64,000 bases of DNA. It comes from Christensenellaceae bacterium (lineage in GTDB: Bacteria > Bacillota > Clostridia > Christensenellales > Borkfalkiaceae). The notes beneath the pieces are model-generated. The model saw only the letters and a program-made list of their open reading frames with translations, was not told the origin of the DNA and made no database searches. Position numbers and translations under genes: made by a program. Each line of letters opens with the position of its first letter. The stretch's first letter is position 1. The stretch spans positions 9,249-73,248 of the forward strand of contig JAZTZE010000010.1 of NCBI GenBank assembly GCA_045637285.1. Reading direction: 5' to 3'. Positions 42,384-50,640 of this stretch are shown in pieces.

Positions 42384-43763
42384 ATGAACAAAATTATCGT
42401 GTCAGACTCAACTTTAATATCGGTTAAAGAACAAAACTCAACGCTTACTTTCAGAGAAAGATTGGCTATTTCAAACTGCCTAAACTCTATGAAGGTTGAT
42501 GCAATCGAACTTCCCGCACTAACCGTTTCAAAAGAAGACGAAATAATCTATCGCACTATTTCAGATTCAATTACAAATGCAACCGTTAAAATATCAGTTG
42601 GTAGTGACGAAGCGTTAATAGCAAACGCAGTTGCTTGTGTCAAGAACGCAAGTGACGTTTGCTTGCAAGTAGTGATGCCCGTTTCTACGGCACAAATGGA
42701 ATATTTTTATCACCTTAAAGCTCCTGCTATGCAAGAAAAAATTTGCGCACTCGTTAAAAAGGCAAAGGAGTATTGCGACAAGGTTGAATTCGTCGCTCAA
42801 GACGCGTTCAGGGCAGAAGCAGGTTTTGTTGCTAATTGTGCTAAGTCTGCTTGTGAAACTGGCGCGACTTCAATCGTAATAAGCGATGATGCAGGCGACG
42901 CGTTTCCTGAAGACTTTGCAAAAATCGTAAAGGAAGTTAAGGGCGTTTGTGATCTTAAAGTTTTAGTTAAGCCGTCAAATAAACTTCAGTTATCAGCTTC
43001 CTGTGCGCTCGAAGCAATCAAGGCTGGAGCTGATGGTGTTGTTACTTCAGTTTGCGGTAATTATCTTTGCCCAAGCGTTATTTCCGATATCGTAAGGGCT
43101 AAAAAATTCGATCTTAACGTTGATTGCGATTTAGACGTTTGTAACGTTAAAACTATTAGCCAAATTATTAGCGGAATGGCTTGCGAACAAGTTCAAGCCG
43201 TGCAACAAGCAGGTGTTAACGGAAATATTGATACCAATGCAAGTGCATCTACCGTTTGTGCAATGATAAGTCAGCTTGGCTATGAGCTTTCTGATTCTGA
43301 TATAGGAAAAGTTTACGAAGAATTCAAAAAGTTATCGGCAAAAAAGGAATCTATCGACACAAAAGAGCTTGAAGCAATAATTGCAAGCACGGCTATGCAA
43401 GTCCCTTCAACCTATCATTTAATCAATTACGTTGTAAACAGCAGTAACATAATTTCTGCAACTGCAAACATAACGCTTGAAAAAGATGGCGAAAAATTAA
43501 CCGGTGTTTCTACGGGAGACGGACCTATTGACGCGGCATTCCATGCGATTGAACAAGTTATCGGACATCATTATGAGTTGGATGATTTCCAAGTTCACGC
43601 AGTAACAAAGGGCAGGGGCGCGGTTGGTTCTTCAATAATAAGACTTAGAGCGGACGGAAAGCTTTATCCCGGTAACGGTGTTTCTACCGATATTGTAGGA
43701 GCGTGTATCCGTGCATATATTAACGCTCTTAATAAAATCGTATACGAAGGAGAGCAAAAATGA
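42384..43763 (+). CDS. 2-isopropylmalate/citramalate synthase homologue with degenerate catalytic motifs and an intact LeuA-type C-terminal regulatory domain (probable pseudoenzyme)
   Basis: DSTLISVKEQ replaces DTTLRDGEQ. VKPSNKLQLSA replaces HxHNDxGLA. CGNYLCPS replaces GIGERAGN. C-terminus GDGPIDAAFHAIEQV...VHAVTKGRGAVG...NGVSTDIVGACIRAYINALNK is typical LeuA_dimer. Confidence 0.75.
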   Translation: MNKIIVSDSTLISVKEQNSTLTFRERLAISNCLNSMKVDAIELPALTVSKEDEIIYRTISDSITNATVKISVGSDEALIANAVACVKNASDVCLQVVMPVSTAQMEYFYHLKAPAMQEKICALVKKAKEYCDKVEFVAQDAFRAEAGFVANCAKSACETGATSIVISDDAGDAFPEDFAKIVKEVKGVCDLKVLVKPSNKLQLSASCALEAIKAGADGVVTSVCGNYLCPSVISDIVRAKKFDLNVDCDLDVCNVKTISQIISGMACEQVQAVQQAGVNGNIDTNASASTVCAMISQLGYELSDSDIGKVYEEFKKLSAKKESIDTKELEAIIASTAMQVPSTYHLINYVVNSSNIISATANITLEKDGEKLTGVSTGDGPIDAAFHAIEQVIGHHYELDDFQVHAVTKGRGAVGSSIIRLRADGKLYPGNGVSTDIVGACIRAYINALNKIVYEGEQK

Positions 43764-46210
43764 AACTCTCGTTCGTAGACAGCATGGTTCAAACGTCAAG
43801 TTTTTTGGAACTTTGTAACGTTGCAAAAAGCTATTCGTTCGACGGAATTGAAATTTTCGACGTTAAGAAAGAAAAAATCCAACACGCCGACAGTATATTC
43901 CGCTCAGCGATGACTGCAGATGCCAAAAGAAAACTTGTAAATAGACATATTGCAATTTCCGCAATATCATATCCTAATAAAATTAATTCAAAAACATCGG
44001 TTCAAGACGTCAACAAATACGTGGAATACGCTGCGCTTGCTTCAATCAAAAACGTTGTAGTAGTGCTTGATGATTTTGATTGTTTAGATAGCATCAAAGG
44101 CGTTTTATCTCCGATTATCGACTTTGCAAGCTTAAACGGCGTTAGCATTTTGATTGAAACTTGCGGTGATATGAGCAGAACTGAAAAGGTTTTGGAAGTT
44201 ATAAACTACTTTGGCTCAATCGTGTTAAAAGTTTGTTGGAATATTCGCGAAACATTTTTCAACGCAAAGGAAAGTGCAGACAACACCATTCAAACCTTAG
44301 GCGCGTACATAGCGCACGTTCGTTTAGGAGACAGAAAGGACGGAAAAGACGTTCTTCTTGGTGAAGGGGAACTTCCAGTTGTCGACTTTATTAACGCTCT
44401 TCGTTCGCTTAATTACGACGGGTACGTTTCGGTTATGAGTTCGGGCGAAATAACTTCTGCTGATATTATTCTCACTCACTATAAAAGCCGTTTATCTATA
44501 AGTTCAAGAGAAGTTAGCAACAAAGCCGTATATTACAACCGTTCAAAAACAGGCACGCATCCTTGGAAGAAATACGACGTTTTAGACGTAACTTTTTCAC
44601 AAGTGCTCGATAAGATGGTTGAATATTATCCCGACCAATACGCTTTTAAGTATACCACGCTCGATTATACAAGAACCTATTCTGAATTTAGAGACGATGT
44701 GGATAGGGTTGCGGCTGCGCTCATTTCACTTGGCGTTGAGCCGGGGCATCACGTTGCTATTTGGGCAACGAACGTTCCACAATGGTTTTTAACTTTCTGG
44801 GCAACGGTAAAAATCGGTGCTGTTTTAGTTACGGTAAACACCGCTTATAAAATTCACGAAGCAGAATATTTGTTCCGACAATCAGACACGCATACTCTCG
44901 TTATGATTGACAGTTGCAAAGATTCTAACTACAAAGAAATCGTTGAAGAACTTTGTCCCGAACTTAAGAATACGCAAGCGGGAAACCCGCTTTACTCGAA
45001 AAAGTTACCATTCTTGCGCAACGTTATAACCGTTGGCTTTAATATGGACGGATGCTTAGAGTGGAACGATTTTGTTAAACGTTCTTCACTTATTCCACAA
45101 GAAGAAGTTCGTCGCAGAGCTTCAACCGTTCAACCTGACGACGTTTGCAATATGCAATACACTTCGGGAACAACAGGCTTTCCTAAGGGTGTAATGCTCA
45201 CGCATAGAAACATTGTTAACAACGGCAAGATAATCGGCGACAGGATGGATATTTCAACTGCCGATAGAATGATGATACAAGTGCCTATGTTCCACTGCTT
45301 TGGCATGGTGCTTTCAATGACGAATATGATGACACACGGCGGAACCATTTGTCCGATGCCGTATTTCTCACCAAAATCGTCGCTTGCTTGTATTAACGAC
45401 GAAAAAATCACTTGTTTTAACGGCGTTCCTACAATGTTTATTGCAATGTTTGCACATTCTGACTTTGCAAAAACTGACTTTTCACATATCCGCACGGGAA
45501 TAATGGCTGGTGCAAATTGCCCGCCCGAATTGATGAGAAAGGCTGCTGCGGAAATGAATATGTCCGAAATTATAAGCGTTTACGGTCAAACCGAGGCTTC
45601 CCCTGGTTGTACAATGGGAGAAGTTAACGAAGATATAGATCACCGTGTTGAAACGGTTGGGAGTGCGTTCCCAGGTGTAGAGTGTAAAATTATTGACCCA
45701 GAAACTGGCGAAGAGTTGCCTGACGGTGAAAACGGTGAATTCGTTGCTCGTGGCTATAATATAATGAAAGGTTATTATAAAATGCCAAAAGCAACCGAAC
45801 AAACTATTGACGCTGACGGATGGCTTCACAGCGGAGATATTTGCTGTAGAACTCCAGACGGATATTTTAAGGTAACCGGCAGATTAAAGGATATGATTAT
45901 TCGTGGTGGCGAAAACTTGTATCCGAGAGAAATAGAAGAGTTTTACCTTACACACGAAAAGGTTAAAGACGTTCAAGTCGTTGGCGTTCCAGACAAGAGA
46001 TACGGCGAAGAAGCTTGCGCGTATATCGTTCTTAAAAAGGGTGAAAGCTCTGACGAAAACGAAATGCGCGAATACGGCAACGCGCACATGGCAAAACACA
46101 AAGTGCCAAGATATTTCGTGTTCGTGAAAGACTTCCCAATGAATGCTGCGGGCAAGATATTAAAGTATAAAATGCGTGAAGACGCTATAGAAATATTAAA
46201 TTTGAAATAA
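43760..46210 (+). CDS. Fusion protein: xylose-isomerase-like TIM-barrel domain (about aa 1-250) plus AMP-forming acyl-CoA synthetase (about aa 260-816)
   Basis: N-terminal half has FDGIEIF, SILIETCG, and HVRLGD...LGEGELPVVDFINALRSLNYDGYVSV. C-terminal half has MQYTSGTTGFPKGVMLTH, GQTE, WLHSGD, GRLKDMIIRGGENLYP and AAGKILK. Confidence 0.8.
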   Translation: MKLSFVDSMVQTSSFLELCNVAKSYSFDGIEIFDVKKEKIQHADSIFRSAMTADAKRKLVNRHIAISAISYPNKINSKTSVQDVNKYVEYAALASIKNVVVVLDDFDCLDSIKGVLSPIIDFASLNGVSILIETCGDMSRTEKVLEVINYFGSIVLKVCWNIRETFFNAKESADNTIQTLGAYIAHVRLGDRKDGKDVLLGEGELPVVDFINALRSLNYDGYVSVMSSGEITSADIILTHYKSRLSISSREVSNKAVYYNRSKTGTHPWKKYDVLDVTFSQVLDKMVEYYPDQYAFKYTTLDYTRTYSEFRDDVDRVAAALISLGVEPGHHVAIWATNVPQWFLTFWATVKIGAVLVTVNTAYKIHEAEYLFRQSDTHTLVMIDSCKDSNYKEIVEELCPELKNTQAGNPLYSKKLPFLRNVITVGFNMDGCLEWNDFVKRSSLIPQEEVRRRASTVQPDDVCNMQYTSGTTGFPKGVMLTHRNIVNNGKIIGDRMDISTADRMMIQVPMFHCFGMVLSMTNMMTHGGTICPMPYFSPKSSLACINDEKITCFNGVPTMFIAMFAHSDFAKTDFSHIRTGIMAGANCPPELMRKAAAEMNMSEIISVYGQTEASPGCTMGEVNEDIDHRVETVGSAFPGVECKIIDPETGEELPDGENGEFVARGYNIMKGYYKMPKATEQTIDADGWLHSGDICCRTPDGYFKVTGRLKDMIIRGGENLYPREIEEFYLTHEKVKDVQVVGVPDKRYGEEACAYIVLKKGESSDENEMREYGNAHMAKHKVPRYFVFVKDFPMNAAGKILKYKMREDAIEILNLK

Positions 46211-46229
46211 TTTTAGTAGGTGAGATACT

Positions 46230-47294
46230 ATGGAAATCAAAATTGAAAAAGCAAAAGTATTAAAACAAAAACCCGATTTTTCAAAACTCGGTTTTGGTAA
46301 ATATTTTACCGACCACATGTTTGTGATGGAATACACCGAAGGTGAAGGCTGGAAAAATGCGAGAATAGTCCCGTTCGATTATATTCCCATTCACCCTGCA
46401 TCTACCGTTCTTCATTACGGTGCGGAAATTTTTGAAGGCATGAAAGCTTATAGAACGGCAGACGGATATCAAATGTTCCGTCCGTTAGAAAACGTTAAAA
46501 GAATGAACGATTCAGCAGAAAGACTTTGTCTTCCCACACTTCCTGAAGAGTTTACTTTGAAAGCTTTAACAGAGCTTATTAACATTGACTACGATTGGAT
46601 TCCCGACCAAGAAGGAACGTCTCTTTATATTCGTCCTTTCATGTTTGGTAACGACGAGTCGTTGGGCGTTCACGCTGTTCACAACGCAACTTTCGTTATA
46701 ATCTTATCGCCTGTTGGCAGTTATTACGCAGAAGGTCTTAATCCTGTTAAAATCAGCATTGAAAGTGAAGACGTTCGTGCCGTTCGTGGTGGAACGGGCT
46801 ACGCTAAGTGTGGTGGTAATTACGCTGCAAGTTTAAGAGCGGGCAAACGCGCTGCTGAAAAAGGCTTTACGCAAGTATTGTGGCTTGACGGGGTTGAAAG
46901 AAAATACATCGAAGAAGTTGGCGCAATGAACGTTATGTTCAAGATTAACGGCGAAATCGTTACGCCTATGCTCACAGGTTCAGTTCTTCCCGGTATAACA
47001 AGAAAATCTTGTCTTGAAATCTTAAAAGAATGGGGCTATAAGGTAACCGAAAGACTAATTTCAGTTGACGAACTTATAGCTGCTGCACAAGACGGAACAC
47101 TTGAAGAAGCGTGGGGCACTGGCACTGCTGCGGTAATTTCACCCATCGGTCACTTGTTCTATAAGGACGTTGACTATACAGTTGCAGGCAACAAAATCGG
47201 TCCGCTCGCTCAAAAACTTTACGACGAAGTTACTGGCATTCAATGGGCTAAGAGAGAAGACACGCGTGGCTGGTGCTATAAGGTTAAAGTTTAA
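46230..47294 (+). CDS. ilvE: Branched-chain amino acid aminotransferase
   Basis: 354 aa class IV aminotransferase. ...FTDHMF..., HYGAEIFEGMKAYR, GGTGYAKCGGNYAASL and GITRKS. Confidence 0.92.
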   Translation: MEIKIEKAKVLKQKPDFSKLGFGKYFTDHMFVMEYTEGEGWKNARIVPFDYIPIHPASTVLHYGAEIFEGMKAYRTADGYQMFRPLENVKRMNDSAERLCLPTLPEEFTLKALTELINIDYDWIPDQEGTSLYIRPFMFGNDESLGVHAVHNATFVIILSPVGSYYAEGLNPVKISIESEDVRAVRGGTGYAKCGGNYAASLRAGKRAAEKGFTQVLWLDGVERKYIEEVGAMNVMFKINGEIVTPMLTGSVLPGITRKSCLEILKEWGYKVTERLISVDELIAAAQDGTLEEAWGTGTAAVISPIGHLFYKDVDYTVAGNKIGPLAQKLYDEVTGIQWAKREDTRGWCYKVKV

Positions 47295-47962
47295 TGTTTG
47301 ATAAAAGAATTACGGTGTTCATGGGGCATTACGGTAGTGGAAAGACCTTTATTTCGGTTAATTACGCACTCGCTCTTGCTAAAATGAACAAAAAGGTAAG
47401 CATCTACGATTTGGACATAGTAAATCCTTATTTCAGAACCAAAGATGCAACTAAAATGTTAGACGACAACGGTGTTGAGTTAGTTGTTTCTAAGTTTGCC
47501 CAAACCAACGTGGATATTCCTGCAATGAACGCAAAGTCTTATAAAATGCTCGACGACACTTCTCGCTATGCTGTAGTAGATATCGGTGGTGACGACAGGG
47601 GAGCTTTGGCTTTGGGAAGATTTCGTGACGGAATTATTAAAGAAAACGACTATCAAGCGTTGTTTGTTGTTAATAATCGTCGTCCTGAAACTCGCGACAT
47701 TGAAGGTGCGATGGAAATAAAAGCAGAAATAGAGCAAAGTGGCGGGCTTAAATTCACAGGGATAGTCAACAATGCTAATTTAGGCTGGGAAACTACGGAA
47801 AAAACCGTGCTTGACGGCGTTGAGTTTACCAATGAACTTTCAAAAATAACGGGTCTACCCGTAAAATTTACCGCAATCAGAAAAGATTTGATTACGGGAG
47901 AATTATTAAAAATAAAACAAATTTTGCCGATTGAGCCTATAAAATACGGCGATTGGCAGTAA
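47294..47962 (+). CDS. SIMIBI-class P-loop NTPase (MinD/CooC/Mrp-like), function unknown
   Basis: 222 aa. Walker A GHYGSGKT, and VVDIGGDD. Start overlaps the ilvE stop (TAATG). Confidence 0.65.
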   Translation: MFDKRITVFMGHYGSGKTFISVNYALALAKMNKKVSIYDLDIVNPYFRTKDATKMLDDNGVELVVSKFAQTNVDIPAMNAKSYKMLDDTSRYAVVDIGGDDRGALALGRFRDGIIKENDYQALFVVNNRRPETRDIEGAMEIKAEIEQSGGLKFTGIVNNANLGWETTEKTVLDGVEFTNELSKITGLPVKFTAIRKDLITGELLKIKQILPIEPIKYGDWQ

Positions 47963-47972
47963 AGGAGAAAAC

Positions 47973-48179
47973 ATGGCAAAAGTAACTTTTGACGAAGAGC
48001 GTTGCAAAGGTTGTGGATTGTGTGAAACCGTTTGCCCTAAGCAAATTATCGCACTTTCAAACGAAAAAATCAACGCTAAAGGCTATCATCCGGCAGTTTG
48101 TACCGACTCGGAAAAATGTATTGGTTGTGCTTTTTGTGCAACAATGTGTCCCGACACGGTTATAACGGTGGAAAAGTAG
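47973..48179 (+). CDS. 2-oxoacid:ferredoxin oxidoreductase delta subunit (2x[4Fe-4S] ferredoxin)
   Basis: 68 aa with CKGCGLCETVCP and CIGCAFCATMCP. Confidence 0.9.
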   Translation: MAKVTFDEERCKGCGLCETVCPKQIIALSNEKINAKGYHPAVCTDSEKCIGCAFCATMCPDTVITVEK

Positions 48180-48188
48180 AGGTGAATT

Positions 48189-49259
48189 ATGGCAGAAAAA
48201 GTATTAATGAAAGGTAACGAAGCTTTAGCCGAAGCGGCTATAATGGCAGGTTGCAAATATTATTTTGGTTATCCCATAACCCCGCAAACTGAAGTTGCTG
48301 CATATATGAGTAAGCGCATGCCCAAGATTGGCGGAACGTTTTTACAAGCAGAATCAGAAGTAGCGGCAATTAACATGGTAATTGGCGTTGCTGCTTGCGG
48401 TAAAAGGGTTATGACCAGTAGTTCAAGCCCAGGAATTTCATTAAAGAGCGAAGGTATATCTTATCTTGCTGGTTGTGATCTTCCTGCATTAATAGTAAAC
48501 GTTCAACGTGGCGGTCCTGGTTTAGGTGGTATTCAACCTTCTCAATCAGACTATTTCCAAGCGTTGAAAGGTGGCGGTCACGGTGACTACAAACTTATCG
48601 TTTTAGCACCTGCTTCTATTCAAGAAATGGTTGATTTAACGTTCAAGGGCTTTGACCTTGCTGATAAGTATAGAATGCAAGCAATGATTCTTGCAGACGG
48701 AACGATGGGTCAAATGATGGAACCGGTTAGCTTAGAGCTTGGCGAAGTAAAAGAATACAAAAAAGATTGGGCAACCACTGGTACGAGTACGCACGAAGGA
48801 AGAAATGTTGTTAACTCGTTGTCACTTAACGCTACTCAACTTGAACAATGGAATATCGACAGATATGAAAGATATAAAATCGTTGAACAAAACGAAGTTA
48901 TGTATGAAGAATTTATGATGGACGACGCTGATATTTGTATCGTTTCTTTCGGTATCGCTGCTCGTGTTTCAAAGAATGCGATTATGATGGCAAGAGAAAA
49001 GGGTATAAAGGTTGGTATGATTAGACCTATCACGTTATGGCCATTCCCCAAGGATGCGTTGCTTAAAGCTGCGGGCAAGGTTAAATCATTCTTATCAGTT
49101 GAACTTAATATGGGACAAATGGTTGATGACGTTAAACTCGCTATCAACTGCTCTAAGCCCGTATATTTCTACGGCAGAACTGGTGGCGTTATTATGACGC
49201 CGGACGAAGTTCTTGCTAAAATCGAACAAATCGAAAAAGGAGAAGCAAAACAATGGTAG
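48189..49259 (+). CDS. 2-oxoacid:ferredoxin oxidoreductase alpha subunit (VorA/KorA type)
   Basis: 356 aa. MKGNEALAEAAIMAGCKYYFGYPITPQTE... Confidence 0.88.
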   Translation: MAEKVLMKGNEALAEAAIMAGCKYYFGYPITPQTEVAAYMSKRMPKIGGTFLQAESEVAAINMVIGVAACGKRVMTSSSSPGISLKSEGISYLAGCDLPALIVNVQRGGPGLGGIQPSQSDYFQALKGGGHGDYKLIVLAPASIQEMVDLTFKGFDLADKYRMQAMILADGTMGQMMEPVSLELGEVKEYKKDWATTGTSTHEGRNVVNSLSLNATQLEQWNIDRYERYKIVEQNEVMYEEFMMDDADICIVSFGIAARVSKNAIMMAREKGIKVGMIRPITLWPFPKDALLKAAGKVKSFLSVELNMGQMVDDVKLAINCSKPVYFYGRTGGVIMTPDEVLAKIEQIEKGEAKQW

Positions 49260-49999
49260 TATTTGAAAAGACTAAAGGTCTTACAGACAATCCACTTCAC
49301 TATTGTCCGGGTTGCACGCACGGGATTATTCACCGTTTGGTTGCAGAATGCTTAGAAGAACTTGGCGTTACCGGCAAAACCATCGGTATAGCTTCAGTTG
49401 GCTGTTCTGTATTCTCTTATAATTATTTCAACTGTGATATGGTTCAAGCTGCACACGGCAGAGCACCTGCGGTAGCAACGGGCGTAAAGCGTGCTAACCC
49501 CGATAACATTGTATTTACTTATCAAGGCGACGGAGACCTCGCTGCAATCGGCACGGCTGAAACCGTTCATTCTGCAGCAAGAAACGAAAACATAACCATT
49601 ATTTTCGTTAACAACGCTATTTACGGTATGACTGGCGGTCAAATGGCTCCTACGACACTTCCTAACCAAGTAACGCAAACTTCACCTTACGGTAGAGACG
49701 TTACGGTTGTTGGCTATCCCGTTAGAGTTTGTGAAATGCTTTCTCAAGTTGAAGGTGCTTCATATCTCGAAAGAGTTGCAGTAAACAACGTTAAGAATAT
49801 CAAAAAAGCAAAACAAGCTATTAAGCATGCTTTCCAAAACCAAATAGAAGGCAAAGGTTTTTCTCTTATCGAAGTGTTATCAACTTGTCCGACGAACTGG
49901 GGTTTATCGCCCAAGGAATCATTAAAGTGGCTTGAAGAGAACATGGAAAAGAATTATCCTCTCGGTGTTTATAAAGACAAATATAAGGAGGAAAAATAA
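49253..49999 (+). CDS. 2-oxoacid:ferredoxin oxidoreductase beta subunit (TPP-binding)
   Basis: 248 aa with CPGCTHG, GDGD..AIG and NNAIYGMTGGQ. Confidence 0.9.
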   Translation: MVVFEKTKGLTDNPLHYCPGCTHGIIHRLVAECLEELGVTGKTIGIASVGCSVFSYNYFNCDMVQAAHGRAPAVATGVKRANPDNIVFTYQGDGDLAAIGTAETVHSAARNENITIIFVNNAIYGMTGGQMAPTTLPNQVTQTSPYGRDVTVVGYPVRVCEMLSQVEGASYLERVAVNNVKNIKKAKQAIKHAFQNQIEGKGFSLIEVLSTCPTNWGLSPKESLKWLEENMEKNYPLGVYKDKYKEEK

Positions 50000-50535
50000 T
50001 GAGTAAGACTACGAAAATACTTATTGCAGGCTTTGGTGGACAAGGTATTTTGTTTGCGGGTAAGGCTTTAGCGTTTACTGGGCTTAAATCAGGTATGGAA
50101 GTTAGTTGGCTTCCTTCTTACGGTCCTGAAATGCGCGGTGGCACGGCAAACTGTAGCGTAACGTTAAGTGATATTCCAATCGGTTCTCCGATTGTAGATA
50201 AACCTGACGTTTTGGTTGCGATGAACTTGCCTTCTTTAGAAAAGTATTTAAGCGAAACAGAAAAATCTGGCTACGTTATTTACGACAGCTCACTTATTTC
50301 TAAGGACGTTGAAAGGGCAGATGTTTCTATTTCAGGTATTCCCGCAACAAAAATGGCAAGCGATAACGGACTTAACGGACTTGCAAATATGATTATATTA
50401 GGCAAGGTAATCAAAGAAACTGGTGTTTTATCACTTGAACAAATCAAAACGAGCTTAGCACAAATGATTCCAGCTAAAAAAGCACATTTATTAGAAAGCA
50501 ATGTAAAAGCTATTGAATTAGGCTATAATTTCTAA
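49999..50535 (+). CDS. 2-oxoacid:ferredoxin oxidoreductase gamma subunit
   Basis: 178 aa. ILIAGFGGQGILFAGK...SYGPEMRGGTANC. Confidence 0.9.
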   Translation: MSKTTKILIAGFGGQGILFAGKALAFTGLKSGMEVSWLPSYGPEMRGGTANCSVTLSDIPIGSPIVDKPDVLVAMNLPSLEKYLSETEKSGYVIYDSSLISKDVERADVSISGIPATKMASDNGLNGLANMIILGKVIKETGVLSLEQIKTSLAQMIPAKKAHLLESNVKAIELGYNF

Positions 50536-50551
50536 TTATAAACGCAATTAA

Positions 50552-50582
50552 AAACGGAGTAGAAATGCTCCGTTTTTTTTGT
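50552..50582 (+). terminator. Strong intrinsic terminator ending the T-box operon
   Basis: AACGGAG-tagaaatg-CTCCGTT followed by eight T. Confidence 0.8.
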
Positions 50583-50640
50583 ATCATATTTACTTCTTTA
50601 GTGCATATATTGAAATAGAAAGCCTATAAAGGAGGAAAAA

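Noticed and set aside
41882-42387. ORFs 41882-42112 (76 aa) and 42196-42387 (63 aa)
   Set aside because: Both lie entirely within the structured T-box leader RNAs and have no RBS. Their open frames are incidental.
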